A DNA stretch of 64,000 bases from Octopus bimaculoides (GCF_001194135.2 NC_068988.1:93633400-93697399); one strand, 5' to 3'; shown: positions 51,472 through 63,524, numbered from the stretch's first letter. Translations and numbers: made by a program. The notes: generated from the sequence alone by a model not told the origin.

Positions 51472-51958
51472 GCTTTTGGTCTCACTAAACTACACGAACC
51501 CATGAATCTTGGTTGCTATTCTGCACCCGGCAATTCAATACTTAGCGTACCAGTCACATCATCACCGCCTCATAATTTGCATCTTCATCAGTCGGAACAA
51601 CAAGTGCAACCACAAACTCATCCAAACCAACATCTGATTCCAGAGTCTGCTACATCAACACCGCCCCATGTAAATAATTCCATTGACAGAAGTTGCAACA
51701 GCAGCAGTAGCAGCAGCAGTCTTGAAGGAAATGCCATAAAAGAAGAAAACAATTCGGATAAGGGAACCGTACCAAAAGAAACGGTTTACCTGGCATCAAA
51801 CAGCATGGTACACAATTATTTCTCTGGGGATTCTAATCGACTCGTGGATGAACATTTTTTAAGGGCACTCAGCCATTATCCGGGCTATTCGAGCACATCT
51901 TCTCATGGTTCTTCAATGTCACCCTCAGACAGAAACAAAATAAGCCCCTTCAATAAAG
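51472..51958 (+). CDS. vg: Vestigial-like (VGLL/Vg) protein, coding exon 2 with Tondu (TDU/Vg_Tdu) TEAD-binding motif
   Basis: Pyrimidine-rich acceptor ...ttctttgttacaaacAG|GCT at 51471/51472 (phase 0) and donor AAAG|GTAAGG at 51958/51959 (phase 1). Lies within ORF 51364-52002. Encodes KETVYLASNSMVHNYFSGDSNRLVDEHFLRALS (51775-51873), matching the TDU consensus (YLxSRCVLFTYFQGDISSVVDEHFSRAL). Gene is 3'-incomplete in this window. Confidence 0.93.
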
Positions 51959-52034
51959 GTAAGGACAACTGTTTTTACAGGAAACATTCGTTTCCAAGTT
52001 GAAGGCATTTAAATGTATAAAGAACACACAATAG

Positions 52035-52210
52035 AATCTTTTATTTTTTTTAGGATTGTGTGGTAAGAAGTCTGTTTCTCAATTACATAGTTTCGTGTTC
52101 AATTCTACTATGTGGCATCTTGGGCAAGTGTCTTCTATTATATAGCCAAAGCTTTGTGAGTAGATTTAATAGACGGAAAATGAAAGCAGCTTGTTATGCA
52201 TGTATGTATG

Positions 52211-52242
<32 letters not shown>

Positions 52243-52590
52243 TGTATGTATGTATGTCATTGTTCAGTTTTATTCCAATGTTTGCCAATAGAGAAAGAAC
52301 CGGTTTCTAACCTAGATCCAAGGCTCCTTCATTGGAATTATGTATGTATGTATGTATGTATGTGTGGTGTGTATGTGTGTCCTCATGTTTGTGTCTGTTC
52401 CCCACCCCCATCGCTTGACAAACAATGTTGCCTTATTTATGCTCACCTAACTTAGCAGTTTCGCAACAGAGAGCAATAGAATGAATACCACACTTAAACA
52501 AAAATACTTGGGTCAATTTGCTCCACTAAAATCCATTGAAGTCGGTGCCCCAGCATGGCCGCAGTCCAATGACTGAAACAAGTAAAAGAT
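52035..52590 (+). mobile_element. Family B SINE in vg intron 2, carrying a family F insert
   Basis: Head about 75 bp after the exon 2 donor; tail at 52540-52590. Confidence 0.8.
52256..52340 (-). mobile_element. Family F copy with (TATG)n flanks
   Basis: Reverse complement of the 38528-38602 core. Confidence 0.65.
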
Positions 52591-52692
52591 GCACGGTAAT
52601 CGGATTATGGCTTTCCCATCAAATTATGTAATCCATGGATCCGGAGTAAATCAAGACAAAATCGCAGGAATATGAGACATTGGCAAATATTT

Positions 52693-52920
52693 ATTGTTTA
52701 CTTGCTTTAGTCATTGGACTGCGGCCACGCTGGGGCACCGCCTTCAAAAATTGTTTGTCGAACAAATCGACCTTAGTACTTATTATAGTTTGAGTTTGGT
52801 ACTAATTCTTTCGTTTTTTGTGGTTTTTTTTTTCATCGAACTGCTGAAGTGGTGGGACGTAAACAAACCAACATAGGGTGCCAAGCGTGGTGGGACAAGC
52901 AAGCACAATGACACAGATTT
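52693..52920 (-). mobile_element. Family B SINE 3' half, inverted relative to 52035-52590
   Basis: tttacttgctttagtcattggactgcggccacgctggggcacc is the reverse-complement tail. Confidence 0.8.
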
Positions 52921-53187
52921 TATATATATATATATATATNNNNNNNNNNNNNNNNNNNNNNNNNNNNNNNNNNNNNNNNNNNNNNNNNNNNNNNNNNNNN
53001 NNNNNNNNNNNNNNNNNNNNNNNNNNNNNNNNNNNNNNNNNNNNNNNNNNNNNNNNNNNNNNNNNNNNNNNNNNNNNNNNNNNNNNNNNNNNNNNNNNNN
53101 NNNNNNNNNNNNNNNNNNNNNNNNNNNNNNNNNNNNNNNNNNNNNNNNNNNNNNNNNNNNNNNNNNNNNNATATATATGTATGTATG

Positions 53188-53222
<35 letters not shown>

Positions 53223-53535
53223 GTATATATAGTGTGTATATATATCTGCATATATATGTGTATGGGTATATGTATATATGTGTATAAATATATATGTCTG
53301 TGTGTGTGTATGTATGTATCCACGCATATATACATATATACATTTTTACACACATATATATATATGTGTGTGTGTGTGTGTATGCGTGTATGGGTGTGGG
53401 TGGGTATTAAAGTCATATGAATTTAGGAACTTCGAGAGGCATAAAATAATTCATTTTTGACGGTGGAACTCGAAGTGGATAAAGCTATAAATATTGGGTT
53501 AAAAAACCCTACGCCCTCTCTCTCTCCTCTTTCTC

Positions 53536-53589
<54 letters not shown>

Positions 53590-53599
53590 NNNNNNNNNN

Positions 53600-53650
<51 letters not shown>

Positions 53651-55019
53651 TACACACACAATTGTCGCGAAAAAATATTTATCAATAAGAACAGATTCTT
53701 TGACAATAACACTAGTAAATAAAACTTGGAAGAAATCAAGATATTGTTTGCGTAGTCATACAAAAATCCATTTGGGTTAATTGTTTCTTTCGTCTAATTT
53801 TAAAACGAAGGATAATAACGAAGGGAAATACTGGATACTAATGNNNNNNNNNNNNNNNNNNNNNNNNNNNNNNNNNNNNNNNNNNNNNNNNNNNNNNNNN
53901 NNNNNNNNNNNNNNNNNNNNNNNNNNNNNNNNNNNNNNNNNNNNNNNNNNNNNNNNNNNNNNNNNNNNNNNNNNNNNNNNNNNNNNNNNNNNNNNNNNNN
54001 NNNNNNNNNNNNNNNNNNNNNNNNNNNNNNNNNNNNNNNNNNNNNNNNNNNNNNNNNNNNNNNNNNNNNNNNNNNNNNNNNNNNNNNNNNNNNNNNNNNN
54101 NNNNNNNNNNNNNNNNNNNNNNNNNNNNNNNNNNNNNNNNNNNNNNNNNNNNNNNNNNNNNNNNNNNNNNNNNNNNNNNNNNNNNNNNNNNNNNNNNNNN
54201 NNNNNNNNNNCGTCTAATTTTAAAACGAAGGATAATAACGAAGGGAAATACTGGATACTAATGAAGAAGCGCCATATTTTTTCTGAGCTAATAGTCAAAG
54301 CAAGTCTCTACTTGGTCGCAGTCGAACCTTTCTCAAATAAACCCTGCTGTAGGGCTTATACAAGGGGTCGGCTTCAGCCGGTACATTGAATCGATGTCCG
54401 GAGAGGGGTTCTTGAATATCTGGTGGGCCCCTTCCTCAAAGAAAAACAAAAAAATAAATCCTTTGAATTTTGAAAAGAAGCCCCCAACCTCCATCTCGAC
54501 CCTGATATTAACCCTAACACCAGCTGAAAGAAGTGTTGCTCCTCATTGTAATTTTCCTATCGGAGGCCCTGTCCTACTATTATATGAAAGAGATAGACGT
54601 ATTACACAATACAGTCATAGACAGAAGTACACAGAAACAGAACGGGTGGTCAAAGCTGGAACGCTTTTTCTCATAGGTCTGATCAACCAGGGTTGCTTAC
54701 TTGGGGCTAAACCGTGACATCAACAACTACTACTACTAATACCACTACTACTATTGCTGCTGCTACTGCTACTACTACTACTACTACTACTACTACTATA
54801 ACAACTGTGATTCGCTGCATTTAGTTTTGGTAAATTGTGTACGACAGTTTCGCTACTTTAACATGTGATGTGTTATGAACACAAGCAGTGCCGCTGTTGT
54901 GACAGTGTGACGTCATTCCATTAAGTAGTCTTGAGTATATCAGATTTGAAATTAAGATTAGATGGTCACGACTGGAAAGTCACCAATGATCATAGTTCGG
55001 CTTGTTCAGGACCAACGTA

Positions 55020-55995
55020 AGCTGAGCCTGGGCAAGTGCCTTCTATTATGGCCCCGGGTAGAGACCGATGCCTTGTGGGTTAATTTGGTAGACGGAAATT
55101 GTTAGGAAGCCCACCGTATGTATGTATGTATGTATGTATGTATGTATGTATGTATGCATGTATGTATGTATGTATGTATGTATGTATTTATGTATGTATG
55201 CATGTATGTATGTGAGTGTGTGTATACACATGTATACGTGTGTGTGTGTGTGTATGTTTATGTATGTATGCGTGTGTGTGTGTATGTGTGTGTGTGTGTC
55301 TTTGTGTTTGTGTTTACTCCCACCACCGCTTCACAACCGTTATTGGTTTCTTTACACTCCCGTAACTTGGCGGTTCAGCAAAAGAAATTAATAAAATAAG
55401 TACCAGACTTAAAATTAACACTAAGGTCAATTTGTTCGATTAAACCAGGAATTTCCAACCGTTTTTTTTTTCTTCAGTTATGGACCCCTTTGATTTCTAT
55501 TTCCCTCTGGTTGACCCCCGTAGACATTCAATGTTTAAAAACTAGTTTTATAGAAATTTCTTTCAAAATCCCTATTTTGTTTTCCACACATTAACTTGTA
55601 TAGGTTGAAACTATGTAAAATGTTAGAGAAAGAAGCTACACTGGCCCTGGAACGAAATTTGTTTAGTGGGGTGTAAACCCTACAGATCACTTTTTATTCA
55701 ATGTTTTCTAAACTTGAGAAAAGTAAGTAGGGGAGTAAATTTTGATGTTGCATCTCACAAAAATTTTAGGGAGTGCACTTGCACTTGTTCCACCCCCTGT
55801 TCCCGGGCCCATGCCAATACATACATCTAAAGCAAACTTTTTACAGGGACATTTAAAATACTATTGTAGATTTCCAATTTGCTATTTTGTGTGGTCCCCA
55901 GAAATATTATACAGACGCTACGGGGCCATCTGGGCCCCGGTTGAGAACCACTGGTCAAACCTTTCAAGGTAGTGCCTCAATGATAACAGTCCATT
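55020..55995 (+). mobile_element. Family B SINE interrupted by a hAT MITE
   Basis: Body breaks at ...ttgttcgattaaac (55445) and resumes as gtcaaacctttcaaggtagtgcc at 55954. Confidence 0.75.
55446..55953. mobile_element. hAT (Charlie-like) MITE with an inner MITE-like insert (~55645-55812)
   Basis: Ends caggaatttccaac / gttgagaaccactg; interior matches the 44125 element. The extra block is bounded by ggccctggaac / gttcccgggcc. Confidence 0.7.
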
Positions 55996-56886
55996 GACTG
56001 CAATAAGTTTAAGAAAAAAATAATATTTGATAATTATAATGGAGGCTTTGTAGTTATAAATTCATTAACAACGGCTATCATTTGAACGAAATTCTTACAT
56101 AACTGATATTTTGACCATTTGAGTCTTCTATCTGGTTGATCAACGTACAAGAAACAACAGCCAAATACCCTTCTAATTCTGCAGCCGACTGGATACATTA
56201 AATAGTACAAGTTCTGATACAGTAAAAAGGCAAGATGACCATAGTTGGAATATCTTTCATTATATATATATGTATTTGAGCAGGAGCGATCCAGGCCTAA
56301 TCAAGAACTGTATAATAACGATTTTAATTAAGAAAATATTGGGGACACACACACACACACGCTCTCTCTCCTTTTCCTTCTTTCTTTTTCTTCCTTTCTT
56401 TTTTCTTTCTCTTTCTCTCTCTCTTTCTCCCTTCCCTTCTCCCCCTTTCTCTCTCTATAGAAATTGTTAGATGTCGTGTAGAGATTTTATTTATTATGAA
56501 AGAGGCGCTAGTTAAAATTTTAGATAGTTATTTAGCGCTTTCATCTCGTATCTATACATGCGAATATGTCACACACACACACATATATATATATGTATAT
56601 ATATGTATATATATATGTATATATATATATGTATATATGTATATATATGTATATATATATGTATATATATATATATATATATGTATATGTATATGTATAT
56701 ATATATATANNNNNNNNNNNNNNNNNNNNNNNNNNNNNNNNNNNNNNNGGTTGACTGACTTAGAACTAAACATATTCGATAATCTCAGAACAGAATCGGA
56801 CCAAACTCTCTCTACATAATATGTATTTTCTGTCCAAAATCGCTTTTGAAACACCTTTGACCCAAAAGCGATATGATACCAGGAAT

Positions 56887-56931
<45 letters not shown>

Positions 56932-57049
56932 TATTATTATTTTATTTTGTTTCCATCTCTGTCAACATGACATGTTTGTATGTTGTTTATACTTCACTAA
57001 AATGTTTTCGTTATTTGTGTGTGATTATGATGGGGAGGAGGAACGAGGT

Positions 57050-57063
57050 CGTCGTCGTCATCG

Positions 57064-57119
<56 letters not shown>

Positions 57120-57148
57120 GCCATCGTCGTCGTCATCGTCGTCGTCGT
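57050..57148. repeat. (CAT)n/(CGT)n microsatellite
   Basis: Direct reading; explains the poly-His frame of ORF 56873-57265. Confidence 0.9.
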
Positions 57149-57399
57149 TTTGCCGTCCATTATTTTCCATGCTCGCACGGAAAAAAACGGACAGAATTTG
57201 TTATGGCAGATTTTATGCGGTCCGATGTTCCTCATCTGTTTTCAAGTAATATCTCTCATGGTTAGGAATGTTTTCATGGACGACTGGAAACAAAAAAAAA
57301 AAAAAAAAAACACCGCTTATATGACAGTGAAACTCATTTTACGATTATCACATGATGTCAAGACAAGGGGCTTCTAATAGACACACACACACGCACACA

Positions 57400-57560
57400 A
57401 CGATCTTCTTTCAGTTTCCATCAATGAAAATCACTCTCATAGCATAAGTCGGCCTGGGGCTGTATTAGAAGACATTTGTCGAAGGTGGCACACACTGAGA
57501 CAAAACCCGGAACCGTGTAGTTGGAAAACAAACCGTGTAGCCATGCCAGCGCCTATGGTT
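57400..57560 (-). mobile_element. Family B SINE 5' half, diverged
   Basis: cttctttcagtttcc...gaagacatttgtcgaaggtggcacacactgagac...agccatgccagcgcc. Confidence 0.7.
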
Positions 57561-57767
57561 CTTTAAACATTAATAACAATAGCGAGCAAAAGTTATATGA
57601 AATAATAAATAAACGAAGAGCCCTCGGTGTGTCTGTTTAGCTCCAAGTAAAATATAGAAGAAACCGTTTTTGTTTACGTAGGCCTTTGTATGTCAACATG
57701 CAGAGATATCCCGGATATAGGAAACGACTCGAACAACATCTCATATTGAAGTGGTTTCAAGTGGGTG

Positions 57768-57828
<61 letters not shown>

Positions 57829-57839
57829 TAATAATAATG

Positions 57840-57896
<57 letters not shown>

Positions 57897-58395
57897 TAAA
57901 TAAATAAACGGGAGGTTTTTTTTCAGAGGATGGTGAGAGAGTGATAGGCAGTGTCAGAATTCCTATGCACTGATGTAGCTGGCGAGCTCCCCGACCACTT
58001 TAATCTATCTTTTATTTTCTTTCCTTTTTTAATTTTTCTTTTGTTGTTGTTTTCTCTTTTTTCTGATGAGAGCTTGTTGGCTAGTTGTGGAGATCAACTC
58101 AATGAGCATTGCTCGCTAATTAACAAATTGGGGTAACTACATTCAAGATGAGGTATTAAATGTTGGGATTTGCTTCTAAATCATGGAAAGGTTTTTGGTT
58201 TAAAATTTTTATTTTGGCAGAAAATCTTTTTCATTCTATCAACAAAGAATTTTTATTTAGTTTAGTCTATATTCTTAATTATTAATTATTTTAAATTTTT
58301 TATCAAAACAGAAAAGGCTTGGATCAACACAATTGTCTTCCCCGTTAAAACTCTAAAACCATCAAATTTATAAACCCTAAAATTCACTCCATAAT

Positions 58396-58645
58396 TGCCC
58401 ACGGGCATATGGCGTAGTGGCTAAGAGCGCAGGCTACTAACCCCAAAATTTTGAGTTCAATTCCAGGCAATGATAATAATAATATTAATAATAATAATAA
58501 TATCGAAATGTACCTTAGGAATAAGAACCCAGGTTCGAAATTTCCTCAAAACACCTAATGAAGGCTGGAGGGTATATCAGCCGAAACGTTGTCTTAACAA
58601 CAAACAAGATGAGGACAAATATCCATCAAATGTAAATAATGTACC
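58396..58645 (+). mobile_element. Family D: tRNA-headed SINE-like element with internal (AAT)n and a hammerhead-ribozyme 3' half
   Basis: A box tggcgtagtgg (58410-58420), B box gagttcaattcc (~58453-58464), (aat)n spacer, then about 140 bp that closely matches 20798-20950. Confidence 0.8.
58550..58595 (+). ncRNA. Minimal type I hammerhead ribozyme motif (core-mutated copy, CUAAUGA)
   Basis: aacac-CTAATGA-a-GGCTG-gagggtatat-CAGCC-GAAA-CGT-T-gtctt. Stem II GGCTG/CAGCC is perfect, stem III is the palindrome ACGT, stem I has one mismatch, and core G5 is changed to A. Confidence 0.65.
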
Positions 58646-58774
58646 ATCAAATATCCAGGTTTTGGATCTGACCCGGATATCAAAAGATTGCGAACCAATG
58701 ACCTTAATGTTTTCTTTCTATATCAAACAAACTCTAAATATGGTAGATGCAGGATTAATAGTGCAATTCTTTAA

Positions 58775-58960
58775 TACTTTGACACAGGGTCTGCAGTTTT
58801 AAGGGACGGGGTTTCTTAACTAATACTATATTTTACCAACCTCGAAAGGATGAAGATCAAAGTCGACATCGACGGGATTTGAACTCAGTATGTAAAGAGC
58901 CGGAACAAATGTTGCTAGGTATTTTTTCCGTCACTCTAATGGTTTTGCCATCATGCCGCC
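58775..58960 (-). mobile_element. Family C SINE, diverged
   Basis: aaagtcgacatcgacgggatttgaactcag...catgccgccc. Confidence 0.68.
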
Positions 58961-59099
58961 CTCATTTGTAATTAGGGCACACGGCCGGCATCGTAAAGAA
59001 CTTGAAGAAATACAGCTCTTTCTAGCATATTGGATGTCCACCTAGTGGTCATCCCTTATACACGTGTATATATGTATATACGACGTGTCTATATGTATA

Positions 59100-59446
59100 T
59101 TCTGGGTTCAGTCCCACTGCGTGGCACCTTTGGCAGGTGTCTTCTACTATAGCATCAAGCTGACCAAAGCCTTGTGACTGGATTTGGTAGACGGAAACTG
59201 AAAGAAGCCCGTCATATATGTATGTGTATGTGTGTGTGTGTTTTTGTGTGTCTGTGTTTGTCACCCCGCCATTGCTTGACAATCAATGTTGGTGTGTTTA
59301 CGTACTCGTCGCCTAGCGGGTCGGTTTAAAGAGATCGATAGGATAAGTACTAGGCTTCACAAAGAATAAGTTCTGGGGTCGATTTGCGCGACTAAAGGCG
59401 GTGCTCCAGCATGGCTGCAGTCAAATGACTGAAACAAGTAAAAGAA
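59100..59446 (+). mobile_element. Family B SINE (A box truncated)
   Basis: B box, CORE, (TG)n and complete tail ...gactgaaacaagtaaaaga. Confidence 0.85.
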
Positions 59447-60046
59447 CATTGCACATAAATAAAAACGAAAATAAAATTAAGATCTTAGACAGACACCCAA
59501 CCACCACCACCGATGCCAGGGGTCATATAAAACTAGATTAAGGGCCACTGCATAAGATAATGGAATCCTAGATGTAAAAAAACCCCCAGGACCTAAAAAA
59601 ATAAAAAGACAGAATGATCATTTGAAGAAATCGTTTAATCGTCATTTTCCTCGGCCAGGATTGATAGGGAGTTAAATAACAACTCGTGACAATTAGACCT
59701 TTCATTAAACATTGAATAAAATAAATACATTTTAATTCTTTTGTGATCGTATTTATTCCTCGGGGGATAACAATCTCAAAGTTATTTTTTTTTCTTTTTC
59801 TTTTATCTTTATTATTTTGTTTTAGGTGGTGGTGGTAGTGGTGGTGGTGGAGGGGGAACTTACAAGAATTTCGACAGGATTTAAAAAATAAAATTGATAT
59901 ACATCAAACTGGTCTTTGGAACGTAGCGCCATGTTCTTAAATACAACACACACATACATAGCCAAGGATACATTTAAATACATGCATACATACATAATCA
60001 TACACACACATATATATATATGTGTGTGTGTATGTATATATATATA

Positions 60047-60085
<39 letters not shown>

Positions 60086-60535
60086 TTATATATATACATG
60101 TTTATTTACATATAATATATACATATATGCATATTAATACACNNNNNNNNNNNNNNNNNNNNNNNNNNNNNNNNNNNNNNNNNNNNNNNNNNNNNNNNNN
60201 NNNNNNNNNNNNNNNNNNNNNNNNNNNNNNNNNNNNNNNNNNNNNNNNNNNNNNNNNNNNNNNNNNNNNNNNNNNNNNNNNNNNNNNNNNNNNNNNNNNN
60301 NNNNNNNNNNNNNNNNNNNNNNNNNNNNNNNNNNNNNNNNNNNNNNNNNNNNNNNNNNNNNNNNNNNNNNNNNNNNNNNNNNNNNNNNNNNNNNNNNNNN
60401 NNNNNNNNNNNNNNNNNNNNNNNNNNNNNNNNNNNNNNNNNNNNNNNNNNNNNNNNNNNNNNNNNNNNNNNNNNNNNNNNNNNNNNNNNNNNNNNNNNNN
60501 NNNNNNNNNNNNNNNNNNNNNNNNNNNNNNNNNNN

Positions 60536-60595
<60 letters not shown>

Positions 60596-60739
60596 AAGGC
60601 CCAGGAGTGGCTGTGTGATTTAAAGCCTGTTCCCTTCCTTCCATCATCTGATTCGCCTTATAAGGTCGATGATCTTCTCCAGTAGCTTCCTCGTGTAGAC
60701 GACATTTGATGGTGTAGGCATATTTTTCGTTGAGTAACC

Positions 60740-61040
60740 GAGGTCGAATAATTCTGTCCAGACGTAGGCTGGTAGTGGGCCCACAACTCTTCAATATCCT
60801 TCCATAAATGCGTGAGAGACCAGCATGGTGTGGAGGTAGGTGTCATCAAAAAGAAATTTGGATCCCCTCCTGTCAAGGGTTCCAGATGAGCCTACCTCAT
60901 GGCAGGTAACACGGATGAGGGCAGCGGCATCAAACTTCCTCATTCACCAAATGCCACATATCAGAGGGGCTTTCAAATAATGGTGTCACACAATCAACGG
61001 TGGGGTCCCTGCATAAGCGCAGCTTTAAAACTGAAATAAT
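60740..61040 (+). pseudogene. CR1-clade LINE 3' end
   Basis: Plus-strand translation with a stop and a frameshift: GPQLFNILP*CVRDQHGVEVGVIKKK-LDPLLSRVPDEP...AASNFL...; stop at 60978-60980, then tail cggtggggtccctgcataagcgcagc...ctgaaataa. Confidence 0.75.
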
Positions 61041-61048
61041 TTAAAGAT

Positions 61049-61081
<33 letters not shown>

Positions 61082-61411
61082 NNNNNNNNNNNNNNNNNNN
61101 NNNNNNNNNNNNNNNNNNNNNNNNNNNNNNNNNNNNNNNNNNNNNNNNNNNNNNNNNNNNNNNNNNNNNNNNNNNNNNNNNNNNNNNNNNNNNNNNNNNN
61201 NNNNNNNNNNNNNNNNNNNNNNNNNNNNNNNNNNNNNNNNNNNNNNNNNNNNNNNNNNNNNNNNNNNNNNNNNNNNNNNNNNNNNNNNNNNNNNNNNNNN
61301 NNNNNNNNNNNNNNNNNNNNNNNNNNNNNNNNNNNNNNNNNNNNNNNNNNNNNNNNNNNNNNNNNNNNNNNNNNNNNNNNNNNNNNNNNNNNNNNNNNNN
61401 NNNNNNNNNNN

Positions 61412-61462
<51 letters not shown>

Positions 61463-61989
61463 GAGAGAGAGAGAGAGAGAGAGTGCTAAATCTATATCAG
61501 ACACCAAAGTCCTGTCAAAACCGACGAAGGAACCTCTATATGGTCGATGGACTTGCTATAAATAGCGACCAGATGCTAATTAAAGACAAGGAAACCACAT
61601 TTACTGATGTGTTTCAGAATATACTTTCTGGAAAAAAAGAAAAAAAAGTGGTTTAATCAAAGCTGGAATGCATTCGATCTTATGTCTACTCGATCAAGAT
61701 TAACGTAAGACTAAACAATAGGAGTAAAAATAGTACTCGAGTACCGAAGGTGGAGTAAAAGTAGTATTTTGTTGAAGTAGAAAAAAACATCATAAACCAT
61801 TACAGTTTCACGATTGTCTGATGATCGATTACGTGAAACTCTGAATAACAGTTTGTGAAATATTTTTGGAAGTATAATCGCTGAGTTGATTAGGTTCAAA
61901 AGCTGGAAAGATAAAACCAAATAGCAAGCATTTAGTTTACCGTCTTACATTTATCGCTCGACGTTACCTTCAGCCACATAACGAGAGAT

Positions 61990-62160
61990 TTTTATGTCCT
62001 TCCTTGATCTCCTACAATTAGCAGCCAAACCTACCTCATATCATACAATAGCAGGACACATTGACTGAAAAAAATGTTTTTAACCGGGATGGTTATGGGT
62101 GGAATGTCTTTGATTAGTGACCAATGACTTGGAGCTAAATAACAATAATAACAACACCAA
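61990..62160 (+). mobile_element. Old unclassified repeat family G with ...gctaaa(caa)n tail
   Basis: Diverged shared motifs (agcagccaa, gatggt(c/t)at(g)gc(t)ggaa, gctaaa + caa repeats) also at ~19730-19960, 27560-27700, 30180-30365, 54600-54725, 56110-56330. Confidence 0.4.
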
Positions 62161-62460
62161 TACAACGATAGTATCCTCTACGTGATCGCTCTTCTGCAAG
62201 AAATAGAAGCCAAATTACCCAGCAAAGAACACGTCATGTTCTTTTAAAGGAACACGTTTCATAATGTGAGCCTGGGTCCCTTGAACGTAAAAAAAGACGA
62301 GATGGTTCAGGATGGAATGTCTTTGAATTTTAGTCTCCATTCATGAAACCCTAACATTATATATAAATGTGTGTGAAAAATGTGTCTGTGTGTACGTATG
62401 TGTGTGTGTGCGTGTGAGGGCGTGCATGTGGGTGTACATATATATATATATATACATAAA

Positions 62461-62522
<62 letters not shown>

Positions 62523-63489
62523 NNNNNNNNNNNNNNNNNNNNNNNNNNNNNNNNNNNNNNNNNNNNNNNNNNNNNNNNNNNNNNNNNNNNNNNNNNNNNN
62601 NNNNNNNNNNNNNNNNNNNNNNNNNNNNNNNNNNNNNNNNNNNNNNNNNNNNNNNNNNNNNNNNNNNNNNNNNNNNNNNNNNNNNNNNNNNNNNNNNNNN
62701 NNNNNNNNNNNNNNNNNNNNNNNNNNNNNNNNNNNNNNNNNNNNNNNNNNNNNNNNNNNNNNNNNNNNNNNNNNNNNNNNNNNNNNNNNNNNNNNNNNNN
62801 NNNNNNNNNNNNNNNNNNNNNNNNNNNNNNNNNNNNNNNNNNNNNNNNNNNNNNNNNNNNNNNNNNNNNNNNNNNNNNNNNNNNNNNNNNNNNNNNNNNN
62901 NNNNNNNNNNNNNNNNNNNNNNNNNNNNNNNNNNNNNNNNNNNNNNNNNNNNNNNNNNNNNNNNNNNNNNNNNNNNNNNNNNNNNNNNNNNNNNNNNNNN
63001 NNNNNNNNNNNNNNNNNNNNNNNNNNNNNNNNNNNNNNNNNNNNNNNNNNNNNNNNNNNNNNNNNNNNNNNNNNNNNNNNNNNNNNNNNNNNNNNNNNNN
63101 NNNNNNNNNNNNNNNNNNNNNNNNNNNNNNNNNNNNNNNNNNNNNNNNNNNNNNNNNNNNNNNNNNNNNNNNNNNNNNNNNNNNNNNNNNNNNNNNNNNN
63201 NNNNNNNNNNNNNNNNNNNNNNNNNNNNNNNNNNNNNNNNNNNNNNNNNNNNNNNNNNNNNNNNNNNNNNNNNNNNNNNNNNNNNNNNNNNNNNNNNNNN
63301 NNNNNNNNNNNNNNNNNNNNNNNNNNNNNNNNNNNNNNNNNNNNNNNNNNNNNNNNNNNNNNNNNNNNNNNNNNNNNNNNNNNNNNNNNNNNNNNNNNNN
63401 NNNNNNNNNNNNNNNNNNNNNNNNNNNNNNNNNNNNNNNNNNNNNNNNNNNNNNNNNNNNNNNNNNNNNNNNNNNNNNNNNNNNNNNNN
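62523..63489. other. Largest assembly gap (N run); many further N gaps occur, mostly bordered by (TA)n or other microsatellites
   Basis: Direct reading. Confidence 0.99.

Positions 63490-63524
<35 letters not shown>

Noticed and set aside
53791-54263. Identical 53-bp sequence on both sides of an N gap (53791-53843 and 54211-54263)
   Set aside because: Typical scaffolding artefact (overlapping contig ends with an inserted gap). A true tandem repeat cannot be excluded without reads.
56873-57265. His-rich ORF as a candidate vg exon 3 (VGLL3 has a His tract)
   Set aside because: It is a (CAT)n microsatellite with no RNFPxSFW motif and no convincing phase-1 acceptor.
58403-58472. Possible tRNA gene
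   Set aside because: A and B boxes are present but there is no paired acceptor stem, and it runs into (AAT)n and the family D body; treated as a SINE head. The same applies to the heads of families A-C.
60102-60876. Minus-strand ORFs 60102-60794 and 60658-60876
   Set aside because: Antisense shadows of the plus-strand CR1 remnant, extended by microsatellite and N runs.
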